Shown here: one piece after another, positions 55,600 to 64,000 of the stretch | Layout: every line of letters begins with the position of its first letter | Position numbering within the stretch: position 1 is the stretch's first letter | NCBI RefSeq assembly: GCF_009914755.1 | Contig: NC_060936.1 | Strand: one strand, 5' to 3' | Source of the DNA: the human T2T-CHM13v2.0 reference genome, Homo sapiens | Length of the DNA stretch: 64,000 nucleotides | Notes under the pieces: model-generated | The model's database searches: none | The model's input: the letters and a program-made list of their open reading frames with translations, nothing else | What the model was told of the DNA's origin: nothing | Position numbers and translations under genes: made by a program

Positions 55600-56350
55600 T
55601 TGCGAGATTATTAACCCAAGATCCAAGATCCCAAAGTTTTGTTGCAGTGTGGGTGGCAAGGGCAGTCTTTCTCTGATGTCATTCTCAGAAGACTCAATCT
55701 CTGGGTGGGTTCTAGAATGTAAAGGATTTGGTTGTCTTCAGCCACTGGACAATAAAATACTTTCTTTACCTGGTGAAAATACACTGTGGCATAAGGCATT
55801 AAAGCCTTCCAGCATTTAGTCATATTAGAGTTTAGGAGCAGAAGACACATGAGATTTTATTTTTAGGAGCATAGGTTCTCCAGTGACTATTTCGTGAGGG
55901 GTTGGTCAGCTTGTATTTTCCCCTGGAAGTAGATCTTATTGTCATCAATCTGCAATAACTTTGATCATGGCTATCCAATTAATTCAGTTGCCTTTGCCTA
56001 ATGTTATTGTATCTGTAATACATTATTTAACAATTTTATACCTTGACTAGTGAAATAAATGCCTCTATCACTGGAGATTTTGTTACAAATTTCTCATGCT
56101 AAAAACACGTCTTCCAATAACCTTTTAACTACTATTATAACATCTGCATTCTTACCCCGGAAAGCTTCTATACAACCAGAAAACATACACTGAAAATTAC
56201 AATTGAATGAAATCCCTCTATAAATGTTTGAATGGCCCGTCAGATAGCAGAGATGTACCTGAAGTTTTGATTGTTTTCCCAGGATTATGGGTTTGACAAA
56301 CCAAACATTCAATTTTGATTATTTTATCTCTTCCATGAAGATTCATGGTA
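55600..56350 (-). pseudogene. Retroviral integrase remnant
   Basis: CLVCQTHNPGK zinc-finger cysteines, GPFKHL*RDFIQL, FSGCIEAF, VVKRLLEDVF spread across frames. Confidence 0.78.
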
Positions 56351-57289
56351 TGTAAAGCTTTAAATAATGAAAGCTTTAAGAACTCAGAAGAATCAAGCAG
56401 CAGACCAGACTCTCCATGAGTCCAGACTTAACACTGAGTTTATATCCTCCTAAATATCAATTTTGTTTCTCCAATTAAGGTGGATAACACTGTCTATTAG
56501 ATGGGTTATCATAGGTAATTTCACTTGGACCATGGAGTTATTCAAATTGCCTAGCTAAACAATTTCAGTACTGGCTGATTTAGCACGAAAATCTGGCAAA
56601 GTGTTTTCTTGATATTTAATTAATTTTTGCCCTGCTTAGGTTAACATTTTAAAAACCAGTCAGTCTCTTTATTAAAGTTCTGGGAATTCTTTCCCAGACC
56701 AAATGATCCTGAAGTTATCAGAAACCTACATTTCAGATTGCATTCTTTTCATGAATCTTTTTGAAAACACAATACACTAGAATTTTATATGCTTGTAAAG
56801 TTTTTGAAACTCCGTTAGAATTAAGCAATTAACTGTGTAAATGACTTTAAATGATTATACTTAAAGACGCAATCACAAATAAGTTTGATTATTTCTCTGG
56901 CCTATAATAATTAAACATAATAACCATAATTATAAGTGATAGCATATACCCAGACATATCAGAATGTTAGGAGTCCCATACACTGTTGGAATATATATTA
57001 ATAACATATTCATAAAAATATAACTTGAAGAAGGTTAAACATTATTTTTTATTTGACAATGCTTTCTGTGTAATTTAACACATCAATTAAGCCTGCTTAT
57101 TATCTCTCTTTTGTATGCTACAAGAGCCCTCCATAGCATTCCAAAGCTAGAGGTCAATAAAAAGAATTTTGAATTTATAATTTGATTTTGGGGAGCCTGT
57201 CAAGCATATCAGAACGCTTGACCAAATATGTTCAAAACACTTGACCAAAACAAGATCACACACAGTGTAAAATAATAGTTATTCATTTA

Positions 57290-57463
<174 letters not shown>

Positions 57464-57789
57464 TTATTCTTTAGTAGAGAAGAAACTCGGTTTTCCAAAC
57501 AATCAGCAGACCTGAGAAAGACAGCATGAGACATAATTTGTCTCTCCTTAATTCCTCTCTTTTTTGTTTTGTGTGGTTTACTGAAAAGGTAAACAAAAAT
57601 ATTTTACTGTGTCTTATTAATACTATAAAACATTTTGTTCAAAGATAAAACCAAGCATTCCTTTTTTGTGTGTATTATCAATAAATACTAAAGCTAATTT
57701 TAATAAAACTTTATAAACAAATCTATCCCATTTCAGTCAGCTTTTGATCATACTAGATTTACATAAACTATTTATAATTTCTTATAAGT

Positions 57790-58033
57790 ATTTTTATTAT
57801 TCTTTTTAGAGATACGGTCTTGCTCTGTCACCTAAGCTGGAATACACTGGCATGATCATAGCTCACTGCAGCCTTGAACTCCTGAGCTGAAGAGATCCTC
57901 CTAATTCAGCCTCCCAGGTAGCTAGGACTACAGGCACATGCCACTATGCCTTGTTAATTTCTTTTTATTTTGTTTTATTTGTAGAGAAAGTGTCTCACTA
58001 TGTTGCCCAGGTTGGACTCAAACTCCTGGCCTG
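57790..58033 (-). mobile_element. AluJ, truncated in the left arm
   Basis: GATCATAGCTCACTGCAGCCTTGAACTCCTG and CACTATGTTGCCCAGG diagnostics. Confidence 0.9.
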
Positions 58034-58866
58034 TCAAACAGACACAGGCAGATCTGTTTATTAACAGATCTGAATATCTATAGATTTTCTATGTATGCCA
58101 TATAACAATAAGTTGCCAAAGTATATAAACTTAAACTTATGTTTAATAATTAATATTCTAGCATTAGACATTTTATGATTATCACTTATTTAATTTAATA
58201 TAACAAGACTTTAAGATTTTAAATTACTCAAAAGAATTTTGAAATAATTTCCCCAGTCATCCTGGTTGTCAAGTAGCCACATGGCACTTAGGATGGCTAT
58301 GAGAGGTAGGGCCTGGGTCCTGAATTTACATACCAGGTATGGAGTTCAAGACAAAAGACAGATCTGTGAAGATGATGTATGGAGGATAGAACCCCTTGCA
58401 GAAGAGCCAAAAGGCAAAGCTGAGCCAGGAAGAAGGGCCGTATTGGTCTTTATTCTGCCTTGTAGCTGCTGGTTCAGGCATGGAGAAAATGTCCTCAGGT
58501 CTCACCATGGTAAACTATCTAGACCCCAGAATCCAGAGGCTCCACACCAAAAGTATAAGCTCACAGTCAAATCAAGAAGTATCAAAAATACCACAGAAAC
58601 AGAAGTTTTGTGACCTTAAAACATGTGGCAGAAGCAGCATAAACCTGTCTCACCAGTAATTTCAGGCAAAATAGCCTGAATTATATTTAACTGACAATTT
58701 TAAAGCCATTTCTATTTTTCCAACAATTTAAAAGCTAGCTTTATTTATCAAATATTATCACTTACACTTAACAACGAACACATGTGGACGTACTGACACA
58801 GAAGCAGATCTTATGGGTTCCATAAAAAATTTTTTATTTGCCAGCCAGCTTTTAAAGCATTTTTTT

Positions 58867-59890
58867 AAGCAAAAATTGACAAATTGGATCTAATTAAAAC
58901 TAAAGAGCTTCTGCATAGCAAAAGAAACTATCAACAGAGTAAACAGACAACCCAAAGAATGGGAGAAAATTTTCGCAAACTATGCATCTGACAAAGGTCT
59001 AATAGCTAACATCCATAGAAACTTAAACAAATTTACAGAGAAAAACAATCCCATTAAAGAGTGGGAAAAGGACACGAACAGACACTTTTCAAAAGACATA
59101 CATGCGGCCAACAATCATATGAAAAAAGCTCAATATTACTGATCATTAAAGAAATGAAAATCAAAACCACAATGAGATACCATACCAGTCAGAATGGCTA
59201 TTATTAAAAAGTCAAAAAATAACAGATGCTAGGAAGGCTGTTGAGAAAAAGGAAAGTTTATAAGCTGGTGAGAGGGTAAATTAGTTCAACCATTGTGGAA
59301 GACAGTGTGGCAATTTCTCAAAGACCTGAACAGAGAAACCCCATTTGACTCAGCAATCCCATTACTGGGTATATACTCAAAGGGATATAAATCATTCTGT
59401 TATAGAGACATATGCACACATACATTAATTACAGCACTACTCATAATAGTAAAGACATGGAATCAACCTAAATGCCCATCAATGATAGACTGGGTTAAAA
59501 AAATGTGGTACATATACACTGTAGAATACTATGAAGCCATAAAATGAATGAGATCATGTCCTTTGTAGGCACATGGATGGAGCTAGAGGCTATTTTTCTT
59601 AGCAAACTAATGCAGGAAAAGTAAATCAAATATGACATGTTCTCACTTACAAGCAGGAGCTAAATAATGAGAACAAATGGACACATAGAGGGGAACAACA
59701 CACACTGGGGCCAATTGAAGGGAGGAGGGTGGGAGTAGGGAAAGGATCAGGAAAAATAACTAATGGGTACTTAGCTTAATACCTGGATGACAAAACAATC
59801 TGTACAACAAACCCCCATGACACAAGTTTACTTATGTAACAAACCTGCATATATACCCCTGAATTTAAAAGTTAGAAAAAATAAAATAAT
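58867..59890 (+). mobile_element. 5'-truncated older L1PA (about L1PA15-16) 3' end
   Basis: ORF2-end WKTVWQFLKDL...MWYIYTVEYY; 3'UTR GGATCAGGAAAAATAACTAATGGGTAC. Confidence 0.93.
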
Positions 59891-59958
59891 TTTTTTTCCG
59901 TTTAGACTATCGATTTTCCAATTAGCTGTTTTATTGTCTCAGGCAATTGTTAGCAAGG

Positions 59959-62210
59959 TGATATGGTTTAGCTCTCTTTCCTCACCCAAATCTTATCTCA
60001 AATTGAAATCCCCATGTGTCAAGGGAGGGACCTGGTTGGAGATGATTGGATCATAGGGGCTGTTTCCACTATGCTGTTCTCATGACAGTGAGGGAGTTCT
60101 CATGAGAGCTGATGGTTTTAAGTGTGGCACTTCCTTGCTCTTTCCCTCTCTCTCCTGCTGCCATGTAAGTCATGCCTTTCTTCCCCTTTACCTTCTGCCA
60201 TGATTATACATTTAGCAGTGTGAAAATGGACTAATACAGATAATTAGTACTGGAATAGTGGGATACTGCTACAAAGATAACCTGAAAATGTGGAATTGAC
60301 TTTGGAACTAGGTGATAGGCAGAGTTTGGAACATTTGGGAGGGCTCAGAAGAAGACAGGAAGATCTTGGAAAGTTTGAAACTTCCTAGAAACTTTTTGAA
60401 TGGTTTTGACCAAAATGTTGATAGTGATATGGAAAATGAAATCCAGGCTGACGTGGTCTCAGATGGAGATGAGGAACTTACTGAGAAATTAAGCAAAAGT
60501 CACTCTGGTTATGCTTTAGCAAAGAGATTGGCAGCATTTTGTCCCTGCCCTAGAAATCTGTGGAGCTTTGAACTTGAGAGAGATGATTTAGGGTATTTAC
60601 AGAAGAAATTTCTAAGCAGCAAAGCATTCAAGAGGTGACCTGGATTTTCCTGAAAGCATACAGTTATATGTGTTCACAAAGAGATTTGAACACATAATTT
60701 GAAATTGGAACTTATGTTTAAAAGAGAAGCAGAAAATAAAGGTTTGGAAAATTTGCAGCCTGACCACGTGGTAGAAAAGAAAAACCCATTTTCTGGGGAG
60801 CAATTCAAGCCAGCTGCAGAAATTTGCACAAGTAACAAGGAGCTGAATGTTAATAGCCAAGACAATGGGGAAAATGTCTCCAGGGCATGTCAGAGACCTT
60901 CATGACAGCCCCTCTCATAACTGGCCCAGAGGCCTAGGAGGAAATATGGTTTTGTGGGCCAGGTCCAGGTCCCTGATGCTCTATGCAGCCTTGGAACTTG
61001 GTGCCCTGCGTCCCAGCTACTCCAGCTCCAGTCATAGCTAAAAGGGGCCAAGGAACAGCTTGGGTCATTGCTTCAGAGGATGCAAGCCTCAAGCTTTGGG
61101 GCTTCCACATGGTGTTGGGCCTGTGGGTACACAGAAGACAAGAGTTGAGCTTTGGTAACCTCTAACTAGATTTCAGAGGATGTATGGAAACACCTGAATA
61201 TCCAGGCAGGAGTCTGCTGCAGGGCCAGTGCCCTCATGGAGGATCTCTGCTAGGGCAAGGAAGGAAAACGTGGGGTCAGAGCCCCCACACAGAGTCCCCA
61301 CTGGGGCACTGCCTAGTGGAGCTGTGAGAATAGGGCCACCATCCTACTGACCCCAGAATGAAAGATCCATCAACAGTTTGTACCATGTGACTGGAAAAGC
61401 CACAGGCACTCACCATTAGCACATGAAAGCAGGCATGGGGGCTGTACTCTGCAAAGCTACAGGTGTGGAGTTGCCCAAGGCTTTGGGAGCCCACCCCTTG
61501 CATCAGTATGTCCTGGATGTGAGACATGGAGTCAATGGAGGTCATTTTGGACTTTAAGAGTCAATGACTGCCCTGTTGTACTTCGGACTTGCCTAGAGCC
61601 TGGATCCCCAGTTTCTCCCATTTGGAATAGAAATATTTACCCAATGCCTATGTCCCCATTGTATCTTGGAATTAACTAACTCGTTTTTAATTTTTACAGG
61701 CTCATAGAGGGGACTTGCCTTGTCTCAGATGAGACTATGGACTTGCATTTTTGAGTTAATGCTGGAATGAGTTAAGACTTTGGGGGACTGTTGGGAAGGC
61801 ATGATTGGTTTTGAATGTGAAAAGGGCATGAGATTTGGGAGGGGCCAGGGGTGGAATGATATGGTTTGGCTCTGTGTCTCCATCCAAATCTCATCTCGTG
61901 TAATCCCCACATGTTGAGGGAGGGCCCTGGTGGGAGGCAACTGAATCATGGAGGCAGTGTCCACCATGCTGTTTCTGTGACAGGGAGTTCTCATGAGAGC
62001 TGGTGATTTTAAGTGAGGCACTTTCTTGCTCTTTCTCTCTCTCCTGTCATGTAAAACATGCCTTGCTTTCCCTTCACCATCCACCATGATAGTAAATTTT
62101 CTTAGGCTTCCCCAGCTATTCAGAACTGTGAGTCAATTAAACCTCTTTTGTTTATAAATTACCCAGTCTCAGGTAATATCTTTACAGCAGTGTGAAAACA
62201 GACTAATACA
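59959..62210 (+). mobile_element. Complete MaLR element (THE1D/MSTA-type): 5' LTR 59959-60238, internal 60239-61856, 3' LTR 61857-62210
   Basis: Both LTRs run TGATATGGTTT...CTAATACA; internal ORF remnants (GFDQNVDSDMENEIQADVVSDGDEEL); PPT GGGAGGGGCCAGGGGTGGAA before the 3' LTR. Confidence 0.93.
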
Positions 62211-63644
62211 CTCAGCATCAGTTTGCCTTAAAAAAAGAAAAAGACTGTTAGGTAAGCCAAGTAGAAAATTTATATCTCAAAAGGATAGGGATAAGACTTG
62301 AGGCCTAATTATTGTACCATCGTTTGTTCAAACCAATAATAAAATGTATGTAAAGGCGCATTAAAGAAAACATGGCCAGAAACAGTACCTTAAACAAAGG
62401 TAAGAGTTGTTAATGACCTAGTCCTCCCTTTCAGACACCCTTACAAGTGACAACAGCATGTCAAGATAGCCAGATCAATGCCAGAAAGGTGTATTTTATT
62501 TCCATATGTGGTCTTTTTAACTTAGCTGTTTCTTAGCTAAAATTACTGAGTTCAGGATGAAACCTATTATGGAATAGGGCAAAGAAAACATTCTCTGTGC
62601 ATGGATTCAGCAAGGATAGATCAGAGAAGGAAGCAAGCCTTCTCTACTTGAGGGCCTACCTTTTATAAACACTTTATCCAGGATAGCTTTCTTTTCACAC
62701 TTGAGGCAGGATAGTAACTAAGCTAAAAGGTTAGCAGATTCAAATTTTCTTTTAAGCTTTTTATTTGCTTCTTGTAAAGAGACTTTTAAAAGAGGAAATA
62801 GGAAGTTGAAGTAAAAAGTGGATTCCTGCTTTATAATGAAAGTCATGAAGCGTGTGTGTCAGACAAGACTCAGAATGCTAATCAATCACTCAGGAAGCCA
62901 TTTTAGGAAATTTGGAAGACATTTTAACATTAGTATTCTCTCCCTACTTGAAATTGCCTTCATAACAATATCCACTTCATAAAGAAAAAAGTAAGCAGTG
63001 GTTTTCTAGCCCCTAACATGTGAAAAATCTCCCTATACTTTAACTTTGATGTGTATAAGGCAGACAGAGTCTCCAAAACGGAACTCCCTTGGTGATTACA
63101 AGGTGGTGGTAGGGGAGGTATAAATAACAAATGCCTATGAGTGCTATTATGTTTTTCATATTTTTGTTACTCTGGTGGGGTTCAATTTTGGCCAAATAAG
63201 AATAAACTTTAAAGACCTACTTTTTTTTTTTTAAACCATTTTCTATTTTCTAATAACATAAGATTTATTTATTCTGAAAGTCTTCTTAACTTAGTTTTGT
63301 AGGAAGTAATTTGTGATTCAATGGAAGGCCATGCATTTCTATAACTCACTCTTCCGCCTTATCAGATTCTGATTCAATAAAAGCTATTTTACAACTTTGT
63401 GAGTTGTAGATAACTTATAGCAATGCAAAAATAATTTTCATCTATATACATGCAAATGAATTATGTCCCAAGAGGAACAGCCATCCTTCCTCAGAAAAAA
63501 AGTTTTGCCTCAATTTGCACATTTAATCCAATATCCCTGATCTACAAATTTATATTTTTATTGGATTCCCCTTTGAACCAGTATATAAAATATACTTGTT
63601 TCCTTCATTATGAGTGAAGAAAATTATTTATTTATTTTTACATA

Positions 63645-64000
63645 TGCTCAGGGAATGGACTTTGCAATGGTGAAGACATCAGTCAACATGCTCTCTCTCC
63701 AAAACAATGAAAATACAGACAAAACAACTAGAACTCTTATATAATTGTCAGGACAATTAAACAGGGAGTTAACTGAAAAGCACTAATTACTGAACCTAGT
63801 TGACAAAATGAACTATCTGGTATTTTAACTTCTTATTCCCACTCCTCTTTATTCCCTGCTCAGTAGTATGGCAAGCAAAAGTTGATAACGTTGTTGAAAA
63901 TGCAGAAATTGAACCGCTTTTTCACAGTTTTATTAAAACCTCCATCCCCAGAAAACAGTCAATATTCATCTAAAATTGAAGCTCTCTGAAAAAGCTCTGT
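63645..64000 (+). mobile_element. Possible old L1M 5'-region remnant
   Basis: Weak resemblance (CTCTCCAAAACAATGAAAATACAGACAAAACAA); runs off the window end. Confidence 0.3.

Overview
AT-rich primate (human-like, Alu-containing) genomic DNA, intergenic or deep intronic and dominated by decayed transposable elements. I found no intact protein-coding gene, RNA gene or CpG island. Nearly every supplied ORF is a transposon remnant or a chance ORF. Main elements: a full-length but dead ~6.8 kb L1PA (21323-28132); a minus-strand MER57-type ERV1 remnant (one LTR, env, integrase) that later received two Alus, an L1 3' end and a complete two-LTR THE1/MST MaLR; several solo LTRs (THE1, MER57-like, MLT1); DNA transposon fossils (Tigger2a, Tigger3, MER5A, MER20, MER45A, MER94, MADE1); about ten Alus; and MIR/L2 remnants. 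I do not see a new biological system. The leads most worth checking are an unexplained diverged direct repeat 30.6 kb apart, a near-consensus CTCF site, two template-switch mutation signatures, shared variants between two neighbouring L1 copies, and a few candidate exon or splice signals. Subfamily names come from remembered consensus sequences and need RepeatMasker/Dfam confirmation.
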